In this document: one piece after another, positions 26,210 to 37,985 of the stretch
How the letters are laid out: each line of letters begins with the position of its first letter
Position numbering within the stretch: the stretch's first letter is position 1
From: Ophelia neglecta
Taxonomy: Eukaryota
DNA length: 64,000 nt
Assembly (NCBI GenBank): GCA_965285935.1
Contig: OZ260664.1
Span: forward strand, 83,452,001 to 83,516,000
Direction of reading: 5' to 3'
The notes under the pieces: model-generated
Seen by the model: the letters and a program-made list of their open reading frames with translations, nothing else
The model's database searches: none
Told to the model about the DNA's origin: nothing
Position numbers and translations under genes: made by a program

Positions 26210-29200
26210 ACTTGAGGGTTTGGGATGTCTCCCAGAGGAGTGGCATATCTCCTCCCTGAGGGAGCCCCCTCCACAGACAGCCTCTTGAGGGTTTGGGATG
26301 TCTCCCAGAGGTGTGGCATGTCTCCTCCCCGAGGGAGCCCCCTCCACAGACAGCTACTTGAGGGCTTGGGATGTCTCCCAGAGGAGTGGCATATCTCCTC
26401 CCTGAGGGAGCCCCCTCCACAGACAGCCTCTTGAGGGTTTGGGATGTCTCCCAGAGGTGTGGCATGTCTCCTCCCGGAGGGAGCCCCCTCCACAGACAGC
26501 TACTTGAGGGTTTGGGATGTCTCCCAGAGGTGTAGCATGTCTCCTCCCTGAGGGAGCCCCCTCCACAGACAGCCTCTTGAGGGTTTGGGATGTCTCCCAG
26601 AGGTGTGGCATGTCTCCTCCCGGAGGGAGCCCCCTCCACAGACAGCTACTTGAGGGCTTGGGATGTCTCCCAGAGGTGTGGCATGTCTCCTCCCTGAGGG
26701 AGCCCCCTCCACAGACAGCTACTTGAGGGTTTGGGATGCCTCCCAGAGGTGTGGCATGTCTCTTTCCTGAGGGATCCCCCTCCACAGACAGCCTCTTGAG
26801 GGCTTGGGATGTCTCCGTGAGGTGTGGCATGTCTCCTCCCTTAGGGAGCCCCCTCCACAGACAGCCTCTTGAGGGCTTGGGATGTCTCCCAGAGGTGTGG
26901 CATGTCTCCTCCCGGAGGGAGCCCCCTCCACAGACAGCTACTTGAGGGTTTGGGATGTCTCCCAGAGGTGTGGCATATCTCCTCCCTGAGGGAGCCCCCT
27001 CCACAGACAGCTACTTGAGGGTTTGGGATGTCTCCCAGGGGTGTGGCATGTCTCCTTCCTGAGGGAGCCCCCTCCACAGACAGCCTCTTGAGGGCTTGGG
27101 ATGTTTCCCAGAGGTGTGGCATGTCTCCTCCCGGAGGGAGCCCCCTCCACAGACAGCTACTTGAGGGTTTGGGATGTCTCCTAGAGGTGTGGCATGTCTC
27201 CTCCCTGAGGGAGCCCCCTCCACAGACAGCTACTTGAGGGTTTGGGATGTCTCCCAGAGGTGTGGCATGTCTCCTCCCTGAGGGAGCCCCCTCCACGGAC
27301 AGCTACTTGAGGGCTTGGGATGTCTCCCAGAGGTGTGGCATGTCTCCTTCCTGAGGGAGCCCCCTCCACAGACAGCCTCTTGAGGGCTTGGGATGTCTCC
27401 CAGAGGTGTGGCATGTCTCCTCCCTGAGGGAGCCCCCTCCACAGACAGCTACTTGAGGGTTTGGGATGTCTCCCAGAGGAGTGGCATGTCTCCTCCCTGA
27501 GGGAGCCCCCTCCACAGACAGCTACTTGAGGGTTTGGGATGTCTCCCAGAGGTGTGGCATGTCTCCTCCCTGAGGGAGCCCCCTCCACAGACAGCTACTT
27601 GAGGGTTTGGGATGTCTCCCAGAGGTGTGGCATGTCTCCTCCCTGAGGGAGCCCCCTCCACAGACAGCTACTTGAGGGTTTGGGATGTCTCCCAGAGGTG
27701 TGGCATATCTCCTCCCGGAGGGAGCCCCCTCCACAGACAGCCTCTTGAGGGTTTGGGATGCCTCCCAGAGGAGTGGCATGTCTCCTCCCGGAGGGAGCCC
27801 CCTCCACAGACAGCCTCTTGAGGGCTTGGGATGCCTCCCAGAGGAGTGGCATGTCTCATCCCGGAGGGAGCCCCCTCCACAGACAGCTACTTGAGGGTTT
27901 GGGATGTATCCCAGAGGTGTGGCATGTCTCCTCTCTGAGGGAGCCCCCTCCACAGACAGCCTCTTGAGGGCTTGCGATGCCTCCCAGAGGAGTGGCATGT
28001 CTCCTCCCGGAGGGAGCCCCCTCCACAGACAGCTACTTGAGGGCTTGCGATGCCTCCCAGAGGTGTGGCATGTCTCCTCCCGGAGGGAGCCCCCTCCACA
28101 GACAGCTACTTGAGGGTTTGGGATGTCTCCCAGAGGTGTGGCATGTCTCCTTCCTGAGGGAGCCCCCTCCACAGACAGCCTCTTGAGGGCTTGGGATGTC
28201 TCCCAGAGGTGTGGCATGTCTCCTCCCTGAGGGAGCCCCCTCCACAGACAGCTACTTGAGGGTTTGGGATGTCTCCCAGAGGAGTGGCATGTCTCCTCCC
28301 TGAGGGAGCCCCCTCCACAGACAGCTACTTGAGGGTTTGGGATGTCTCCCAGAGGTGTGGCATGTCTCCTCCCTGAGGGAGCCCCCTCCACAGACAGCTA
28401 CTTGAGGGTTTGGGATGTCTCCCAGAGGTGTGGCATGTCTCCTCCCTGAGGGAGCCCCCTCCACAGACAGCTACTTGAGGGTTTGGGATGTCTCCCAGAG
28501 GTGTGGCATATCTCCTCCCGGAGGGAGCCCCCTCCACAGACAGCCTCTTGAGGGTTTGGGATGCCTCCCAGAGGAGTGGCATGTCTCCTCCCGGAGGGAG
28601 CCCCCTCCACAGACAGCCTCTTGAGGGCTTGGGATGCCTCCCAGAGGAGTGGCATGTCTCATCCCGGAGGGAGCCCCCTCCACAGACAGCTACTTGAGGG
28701 TTTGGGATGTATCCCAGAGGTGTGGCATGTCTCCTCTCTGAGGGAGCCCCCTCCACAGACAGCCTCTTGAGGGCTTGCGATGCCTCCCAGAGGAGTGGCA
28801 TGTCTCCTCCCGGAGGGAGCCCCCTCCACAGACAGCTACTTGAGGGCTTGCGATGCCTCCCAGAGGTGTGGCATGTCTCCTCCCGGAGGGAGCCCCCTCC
28901 ACAGACAGCTACTTGAGGGTTTGGGATGTCTCCCAGAGGTGTGGCATGTCTCCTCCCTGAGGGAGCCCCCTCCACAGACAGCTACTTGAGGGTTTGGGAT
29001 GTCTCCCAGAGGTGTGGCATGTCTCCTCCCTGAGGGAGCCCCCTCCACAGACAGCTACTTGAGGGCTTGGGATGTCTCCCAGAGGTGTGGCATGTCTCCT
29101 CCCTGAGGGAGCCCCCTCCACAGACAGCTACTTGAGGGTTTGGGATGTCTCCCAGAGGTGTGGCATGTCTCCTCCCTGAGGGAGCCCCCTCCACAGACAG

Positions 29201-30853
29201 CTACTTGAGGGCTTGGGATGTCTCCCAGAGAAGTGGCATGTCTCCTCCCTGAGGGAGCCCCCTCCACAGACAGCTACTTGAGGGCTTGCGATGCCTCCCA
29301 GAGGAGTGGCATGTCTCCCCCCTGAGGGAGCCCCCTCCACAGACAGCTACTTGAGGGTTTGGGATGTCTCCCAGAGGTGTGGCATGTCTCCTCCCTGAGG
29401 GAGCCCCCTCCACAGACAGCTACTTGAGGGTTTGGGATGTCTCCCAGAGGTGTGGCATGTCTCCTCCCGGAGGGAGCCCCCTCCACAGACAGCCTCTTGA
29501 GGGCTTGGGATGTCTCCCAGAGGTGTGGCATGTCTCCTCCCTGAGGGAGCCCCCTCCACAGACAGCTACTTGAGGGTTTGGGATGTCTCCCAGAGGAGTG
29601 GCATGTCTCCTCCCTGAGGGAGCCCCCTCCACAGACAGCTACTTGAGGGTTTGGGATGCCTCCCAGAGGTGTGGCATGTCTCCTTCCTGAGGGAGCCTCC
29701 TCCACAGACAGCCTCTTGAGGGCTTGGGATGTCTCCCAGAGGTGTGGCATATCTCCTCCCGGAGGGAGCCCCCTCCACAGACAGCCTCTTGAGGGCTTGG
29801 GATGTCTCCCAGAGGTGTGGCATGTCTCCTCCCTGAGGGAGCCCCCTCCACAGACAGCTACTTGAGGGTTTGGGATGTCTCCCAGAGGTGTGGCATGTCT
29901 CCTCCCTGAGGGAGCCCCCTCCACAGACAGCCTCTTGAGGGCTTGGGATGTCTCCCAGAGGTGTGGCATGTCTCCTCCCTGAGGGAGCCCCCTCCACAGA
30001 CAGCCTCTTGAGCGCTTGGGATGTCTCCCAGAGGTGTGGCATATCTCCTCCCTGAGGGAGGCCCCTCCACAGACAGCCTCTTGAGGGCTTCGGATGCCTC
30101 CCAGAGGAGTGGCATGTCTCCTCCCTGAGGGAGCCCCCTCCACAGTCAGCTACTTGAGGGTTTAAGATGTCTCCCAGAAGTGTGGCATGTCTCCTCCCTG
30201 AGGGAGCCCCCTCCACAGACAGCCTCTTGAGGGTTTGGGATGTCTCCCAGAGGTGTGGCATGTCTCCTCCCGGAGGGAGCCCCCTCCACAGACAGCCTCT
30301 TGAGGGCTTGGGATGTCTCCCAGAGGTGTGGCATATCTCCTCCCTGAGGGAGCCCCCTCCACAGACAGCCTCTTGAGGGCTTGGGATGCCTCCCAGAGGT
30401 GTGGCATGTCTCCTCCCTGAGGGAGCCCCCTCCACAGACAGCCTCTTGAGGGCTTGGGATACCTCCCAGAGGTGTGGCATGTCTCCTCCCTGAGGGAGCC
30501 CCCTCCACAGACAGCTACTTGAGGGTTTGGGATGTCTCCCAGAGGTGTGGCATGTCTCCTCCCTGAGGGAGCCCCCTCCACAGACAGCTACTTGAGGGTT
30601 TGGGATGTCTCCCAGAGGTGTGGCATGTCTCCTCCCTGAGGGAGCCCCCTCCACAGACAGCCTCTTGACGGCTTGGGATGTCTCCCAGAGGAGTGGCATG
30701 TCTCCTCCCGGAGGGAGCCCCCTCCACAGACAGCTACTTGAGGGCTTGGGATGTCTCCCAGAGGAGTGGCATGTCTCCTCCCGGAGGGAGCACCCTCCAC
30801 AGACAGCTACTTGAGGGCTTGGGATGCCTCCCAGAGGTGTGGCATGTCTCCTC
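26210..30853. repeat. 73-bp GC-rich satellite array (about 63-64 monomers)
   Basis: Monomer ACTTGAGGGTTTGGGATGTCTCCCAGAGGTGTGGCATGTCTCCTCCCTGAGGGAGCCCCCTCCACAGACAGCT. Strict 73-bp period with no visible indels. Confidence 0.98.
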
Positions 30854-33419
30854 ACATTACTCAATGACAACTTTTTTGTATCAAGTAATATGGTGAAATA
30901 TGATTTACAAAATTTATTCAAGAAATTTCTCAGTTTTCAGTATTCTATCAAAACCTATAGATATTAATGTTAGGCTGTTTTCACTTTTTGCTTCCCTTTA
31001 TTATCAATCATTTTAAGCATAGAATTGACATCCCAAACGGATGATGTAAGTGCTTTCATCTCTCAAACATCATAACGCACCGGAAAACTATTCTTTTCGC
31101 CGTATTGGCCAAACCCTTTTTTTCCTTAATGGGTTTTTGAGTGTCTTTTTTACGTTTCACTCTTCATTCTTCTGCCGAAATAACTAATTGTTTAGAAGTT
31201 TGTTGCATCGCAAATTATGTTGAAATAGAAGTGTTTGGCCTGGGGTACAGCAGATGTTTTTATTATTTTTTTTGTTTAACAAGTTTCTAATCATTTTATA
31301 CAGCCAGCATCCCATCAGTTTAACCAAACTGGGATGAGGCAAAATAAAAAGATCTATTGCCAATCAGCAGCTCTTCAAGGGAAGATACTGTACCTATAAC
31401 ATTGTTAAACTAGATTCAAAGAAATCTACATGATATATACTAGTATACAGATCCTGTACATTGTACATGTATAGTACAGTTTAATTCTAGAGATTGGTGC
31501 CGGTAGACTTGCTCTGAGTAGATAATCCTTAGTAGAAGAACTTAGACGCATGTTGAATTTTGCGGGCATAGCTCCAAAACACAAAAAAAAACTGCATTTA
31601 TATTTTTGTGCATCCACCCATTAAGATGAAGATAAATCTAGTGGTAGGTTCCTTTTTGTTGGCCATTGAATTTGATCACATCTGCTGATCTGGGCAGCAC
31701 AGAGCCTATGATGTTCATATGTGTTCTTCCACCTGCTCTGGGTTCTGATATTATCATTGCTTTCAATGTTATGACATTACCTGTATTATCATTAATCTGG
31801 GACCCCTTACAAGGTGAAGGTGTATCAAGTTGGGTACTTTTACTACATCAATCCTTTCATATACAAAGCTGCACTGCCCTCATTATATTCTTGTTGATAT
31901 TTTTTAAGGCACATATAGAGATAATGTTTTGTCAAGGACTATAACTGTACCCACTACAAACTGCAGTAAGCAAAGACTTAAATATTAAAATGTGCATCAC
32001 AACTAGCTGTGAATCATTTATACAAACGTGATATGGATATGGATTGTGAACACAACATAGTGTCCACATTGAGCGTATTACCTCCTTTTGATCTGCAGAC
32101 ACTGTGTCATTGATCATACTGTGAGTTATTCCTCCCATATGGTGTCTTTACTGTGTACAAAGTATCACTGGTATTCTGTACATCAATCAGCAACACCATC
32201 AGGTAAAAGGTGATATCCAAACATTAGACTGAAAGAAGCTGTAAAGGTCTGATTTAAGGGAGATGACTTAAACATGTCCCTGAGAATATATTCAAACCAC
32301 TAGCAGCATACTGAATAGTTGACATGGGGAGAAGGGAGCATCATTGACATTGAAAGTGGTAAAAGTAAAAGTGCCAGGGAGGGGGGGGGGGGGGGTCACT
32401 GCCATATACATGTATGTTTGATTTTGGAGGTTCTGCAGGAAAGCCCCCCACCTATAACAACGTAAAAATCTGCTACCTTTTGGTATACCTTCAGCACAAA
32501 GCTGCTCTGTATCACGGGTTAAGCTCACAATTGTCATATTGAGGTCAAACCAAGTCTTATCAAAAAAGATTTCAGGCCAAACTCTCTCCCTCTTAACAGA
32601 CATTTAACATATCCTCCTGAGGTGCATAAAATTTGCCTACAGAAAAGTCAGTTATAATGGTTGTTTTTTCATGGAAAATATCAGTAACATTGGGTATTGT
32701 TTTATCACCCCCAAATCAGCTCCCTTTTGCACCATTGGAGGGTGCATGGTACCTCCCCACCAATTTCATAAGGGGATTCCTCCTCCCCCTCCCCTGGTAA
32801 AAATTGTCTAGAAACATTTTGTTTTGTCTTCATCAGAGTTTGTTAAGACTTTTACCCTATTGTTATTTCTATTCATCTGTGTTAGAGGATCTCACACTGT
32901 CCAGTCTCATGGTTTTGTGAGGTGAGATTTCTTTACAGTTGAACACTCCTCTTGTGTTGAATATATTGTCATCTAGTCAGAGGAGATGAGAGCTATCAGA
33001 TGACAGCTGGGAGGGCTGGTTCTGCACATAGCACTCAAGCTATTCATATTTTAAATTGCTAAAGTTCATGTTTCAATGTTCATGTAATTTGTTGAACTTG
33101 GATAATGGCCATCTAGAATACAACTGATGACTCCAAATAAAAGGTGGCACCCGACTCATTTATTTGGAAGAATGCTTGATAAATTATGGCCTAAAATGTA
33201 AGATCTTATTTAAATATTTGTTAGAGCCACACCATGTTCTGCCTTTTATTGCTAAATGTGAAATTACAGTGTAGTTTATTCTTGTGAACTCTGCACAAGA
33301 TACACAGCCATTATTTGAACGTCAGGTGAGAAAAGGGCGAGAGGTTTAGTAACCAAAGATTTCTGTTCTGATAACTATGGTTGCTGTTATGTTCATTCCT
33401 TGCCAGTGTGTTAAATCTC

Positions 33420-33535
33420 CCATGGCCCCTCAGAAGGCCATATATCTGGACCCTCCTGATAAATACACACCTGGCCCCTCAGAGGGCCATGTACCTGGAC
33501 CCTTCTGATAGATACACACACCTGGCCCCTCAGGT
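33420..33535. repeat. About 50-bp tandem repeat, about 2.3 copies
   Basis: TGGCCCCTCAG...CTGGACCCT.CTGATA.ATACACA repeated. Confidence 0.7.
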
Positions 33536-33879
33536 GAACAGTACCTGTGTCATCTACCCATCCACCGCGTGCTCTGACAGGCTGTAATTACCCTGTTATG
33601 AAGGTCGACATAGGTCATGTCATGCAACCCAATACGAGCCTGGCGCCCACTGCTCCTTCCTGTACACCACTCCTCCCCCAGGGCATAGTCTGCTTACCTG
33701 AAAGGGGCAAGTGAAACAAATTACCTATAATCAAGTCCAACCTGTTCCAGCTCCAGACCAGTTTTAACTTTAAACCTTACCAACTGTCATCTGTTACAGA
33801 CAGTAGTGTGGCAGAATAGAAACAAGGTGTCATGAATTTGGTTTAAACAGAATGGATTAAATCACCATATTTGTCATGG

Positions 33880-34685
33880 CACTGACAACAGCAAGACTCT
33901 AGGACTGATAACATCAAGTCTCTAAACAAGTCTTTAGGACTGACAGCAGCAAGTCCTTAGGACTGATAACAGCAAGTCTCTAGGACTGACAACAGCAAGT
34001 CTCTAGGACTGACAACAGCAAGTCTCTAGGACTGATAACAGCAAGTCTCTAGGACTGACAACAGCAAGTCTCTAGGACTGGTAACTGCAAGTCTCTAGGA
34101 CTGATAACAGCAAGTCTCTAGGACTGACATCAGCAAGTCTATGGGACTGAAAACAGCAAGTCTATGGAACTGATAACAGCAAGTCTCTAGGACTGACAAC
34201 AGCAAGTCTATGGGACTGAAAACAGCAAGTCTCTAGGACTGACTACAGCAAGTCTATGGAACTGATAACAGCAAGTCTCTAGGACTGACAACAGCAAGTC
34301 TATGGAACTGATAACAGCAAGTCTCTAAGCAAGTCTCTAGGACTGACAACAGCAAGTCTCTAGGGCTGGTAACAGCAAGTCTCTAGGACTGATAACAGCA
34401 AGTCTATGCGACTGACAACAGCAGGGGCCTGTTGCATAAATCTTGTTTATCGTCTGAACGCGCTAAGTTTGAGGGTTAACTCTTTCTAGTCCGTTTATTG
34501 GGTTGCATAAACCTAGGTTAAAAGTTAACCCGTTTAATCACAGGTTGAAACTATGGCAATCCAATAAACACGACAGCAGTTAACGAGTTATAATAAACGA
34601 GGTAAATATTTTAACCCGTTCAAATCTAAACAAGATTTATGCCCCAGGTCTCTAGGGCTGATAAGAGCAAGTCTCTAGGACTGAT
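33880..34685. repeat. 23-bp minisatellite interrupted by a MITE
   Basis: ACTGAYAACAGCAAGTCTCTAGG, more than 20 copies. Confidence 0.95.
34425..34644. mobile_element. PIF/Harbinger-group MITE with CAG TSD
   Basis: GGGCCTGTTGCATAAATCTTGTTTA ... TAAACAAGATTTATGCCC (right TIR partly deleted), with CAG on both sides. Inserted inside a minisatellite unit. Confidence 0.75.
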
Positions 34686-34984
34686 CAAAACTAGTCACAG
34701 TGAATGATGAGAATTAGTCAAAATGACAGATAACACAAATTTTGCCTACATTTGTCCTGTCAAACAATGGCTGGTGGCCTGCCGGGTTTGTCGAAAATAG
34801 CACAACTTAATGTTATTATGACTTCAATACATGTATATCCATATTTTTTGGGGTCTGAAGATGGGTCACTTTTTGGCATTTTGGTCACCAATGTATTGTG
34901 TTTGAATTACACCATACATAGGGTATTGCATGATCCAGTTTGAATGAGAGGTCACCTTTATATATATATATGTATATACACTTG

Positions 34985-35162
34985 GCTTCCAGGTCATACA
35001 TGCATATCCTCTTTAACAGTGCAATGTATTTAAGGCATTGAAGTGAACATTTCATCAATCATACTTCTGAGAGTTCAGGAGGCTCTTCTTTCACTGGGCG
35101 GCCTAGTATAGTAGGGTTATTTACACGGAAACACAGCCTAGCGAGCATGCTTCAGCCAACAG
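34985..35162 (-). repeat. Young interspersed repeat (SINE/LINE 3'-like), copy 1
   Basis: About 120 bp identical to 43915-44038, with the match continuing after an indel. Confidence 0.85.
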
Positions 35163-36363
35163 GCAAATCCACAACTGGCTCATATGTAGATCATCAGAGA
35201 CAAGGAACCTTGTGTGAAGAAAACAATGTATTCTTAAACCAATTTATGTGTCAAAAGTCAAACTAGTACCATTTCCATTTTGATGCATAAAATCCCCCAA
35301 AGCATATAAAAGTAAGCAATAGTGGTAACATTTTGCCAGATAAATTAGGGCATGGGCAATTATAACAGAGAAGACGGTGCAAGTAGGAGTTTATAAGGTG
35401 ATACCACTAGCATAGCATACGGTATTGATAGGAGTTGATGAGGTGGTACCAGTAACTTTAGAGTGTATATGAGTGTGTATCTGTACAAAGGTGGCTTTCT
35501 GTATCAAGGGAAGGAGTCATTTAAAGATCCCCACAAGGCAAGAAGCTTAATAGGTAATGATGTAAAGAGCCTGCAGCACAGGTCCTTGTGCCACTTGTAA
35601 ATTATAATTACCAATTAGCAGTGCTGCCCTGCCTGACTAGTTATATTTCCAGGTAAAGCCTACCGTACTCTCTCGAAAACTAACCGCACTCCAATATAAA
35701 CCGCGTCTGCATTTTTTGCTTTTAATCCCACATTTTTCTCCAAATGAAACTAAATTCCTAAAATCCCCAAATTAAACCGCGCCAAATTCTGGTAGTACCG
35801 TGCTAACATTGAAAACGTCATCAAGTGCGACAATCGGGGCGGGAAGCAGCCAATGAGATCGCATTGTGCAGGTTTGTGTAAGCTTACTAATCCTAACACT
35901 CTTATCTCTGACTAAAAACACAATTGGCAGACTGTTGGTTTACAATTCCCAATTAATACGCAATCAAACTAGGCGTGAACGCAGACAGGGCTGGTCATCA
36001 AAGGTGTGAGTTTGCCACGAAGCAGCAACTGCATTCACACTACGGCGCCAATGGCCCGCCATGTTGTGGATTCATCTACCACGATCACGGACTGACCACA
36101 CAAAAAGCCGACAGTTAGTCTACACTGGCTAATCCTGTATCCATAAATAGTACAAAATAAACACACATGAATAGATGTCGAGTATCTAAATTGCTTTTGT
36201 AACTTTACAAAAACATGGGTGGCTTTGCAATTACTTTTGAGGACAACGTATAAATGGCAGCTCGGTTTTCAACTGATCACTCACCTCTTGAGATTCGCTA
36301 TATGCATATCACGACTTTTCACTGCGCTACACATCGAAGATATACCACAATCCATGAAGCAAG

Positions 36364-37985
36364 ATGCCGCCAAGAAGATCGTACACAGTCAGCCAAAAGC
36401 TGAAAGTGATTGCTCGGTTCGCCGAGTTGAAGAATGCTCGGGCTACGGCCCGTGAATTTGGATTGTCAGATCGCCAAGTCCGAGACTGGGTTAAGTCGTC
36501 GGAAAAACTGCAAGAACAGCCAAGGAATGCAAAACAGCTGAAGGGAGCCGGCCGAAAAGTCCGTGACCAAGGCCTTGAGGACACCCTGGCCGAATGGGTC
36601 GATCTTCAACGCAAGGAGGGGCATGCCGTCTCTGGGCCACTCCTGAAGATTCAAGCTAAGAAGGAAGCTACCGCTCGGGGTCTTACCGACTTCAAGGCCT
36701 CAGAGGGCTGGCTAGGGAAGTTCAAGGCCCGTCAATCCCTTACCACCCGGCGAAGAACTTCCCTAGCTCAACGGTTACCCAAGGACCACGAGGAAAAGGT
36801 GCGTTTTAAAATCTTAAGATAAAATACATGTAATAATTAGATGGACTACCAAACTCCCCTATTTTAAGTAGGCTATATCATCCAGATCATTCTAATTTAT
36901 TTGGTTACGAAACTAAATTACCATCATGATAATATATTTACTTAATATTACACGGATCATCGGGATAGTTTTATTACCCAACCATATTGCCAATGTCGAC
37001 CACTATAAATTACCATCATGATAATATATTTACTTAATATTACACGGATCATTGGGATAGTTTTATTACCCAACCATATTGCCAATGTCGACCACTCTTA
37101 CCAGCAAAAAAAATTAAATTTATATTTTTATTTTTACAGATCCTCAGCTTCCATAGATTTGTGCTCAAAATGCGCGGTCGGCATCGGTATGCTTTGTCGC
37201 AAATCTACAATATGGATGAGACGCCGATGAAGTTCGACAGTCCGGCCACCCAAACCCTCAACAAGAAGGGAGAGAAGACAATACAAGTGAGAACAACCGG
37301 GGCCGACAAGAAGGGATTCACAGCTGTGCTGACTTGCACAGCGGATGGCGGGAAAGTTGTTCCGCATGTAATCTTTAAAGGCGTCCGAAAGCTGGGAGAT
37401 TCTTGCCGTCAACCTGGCGTAGTAGCCAAGGTCCAAGCAAAAGGGTGGATGGACGAGGATGGCTGCCTTGCTTGGATACGTTCCGTATTTCCCCTGGGAT
37501 CCAACGAAAGAAAACTTCTAGTCTGGGACAGTTTCCGTGGCCACTTGACGGACTCTGTCAAGAACGAGCTGACTCGTCGTTTAGTGGATACAGCGGTGAT
37601 ACCAGGTGGCCTCACTTCGATACTCCAGCCATTGGACGTTGCCCTCAACAAACCATTCAAGGATAAGATCAAAGCTATGTGGCAGCAATGGATGGTTGAG
37701 GGCAGCCACACTTACACACCAGCCGGACACCAGCGCTCCCCAACAAAGGAGGTTATTATAGGATGGGTGAAAGACGCTTGGGCTGCCATCAGCAGTGAAA
37801 CCATCCAAAAGTCGTTCCTGAAGACTGGCATCAGTAACGCATTGGATGGTACACAAGAAGATGCTTTGTGGGAAGCTATTGACACTGACAATGATTCTGA
37901 CAGCAGTGATTTTGAGCCGGCTGCGTTGTCCGACGACGATGGCGAGGAATTTTGGGGTTTCGGGCCAGAGGACTTAGTGAAATGA
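36364..37985 (+). CDS. pogo transposase, 426 aa, join(36364..36798,37140..37985): Brinker-like DBD + CENP-B HTH + DDE_1
   Basis: RRSYTVSQKLKVI, FKASEGWLGKFKAR, NMDETP, VWDSFRGH, IPGGLTSILQPLDV with 35 residues between D2 and D3. Phase-0 GT-AG intron 36799-37139 gives DHEEK|ILSFHRFV. Confidence 0.92.
36914..37095. repeat. 92-bp tandem duplication in the transposase intron
   Basis: TAAATTACCATCATG...GTCGACCACT twice, one mismatch seen. Confidence 0.92.

Larger units (their letters stand above)
24724..31620. mobile_element. TTAA-flanked fold-back element (Kolobok-like?) hosting the hAT5 insertion and the satellite
   Basis: Long diverged inverted repeat at about 24750-25035 vs 30995-31300 (shared AACATCTGCTGTA.CCCAGGCCAAAC, AAAAGGGTTTGGCCA, CTTACATCAT, GATGTCAATTCT). 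TTAA at 24720-23 and 31621-24. Exact termini and superfamily are uncertain. Confidence 0.5.

Noticed and set aside
26210-30853. CRISPR-like or hammerhead-ribozyme array
   Set aside because: No unique spacers, no cas genes, eukaryotic context, and no CTGANGA...GAAA hammerhead core in the monomer.
26004-30921. Dozens of ORFs (up to 451 aa) across the satellite
   Set aside because: By-product of a 73-bp GC-rich repeat cycling through frames; stops depend only on the CTAC/CCTC variant.
32374-32796. Possible MITE bounded by CCAGGGAGGGG / CCCCTCCCCTGG
   Set aside because: The inverted repeat is low-complexity and no TSD could be established.
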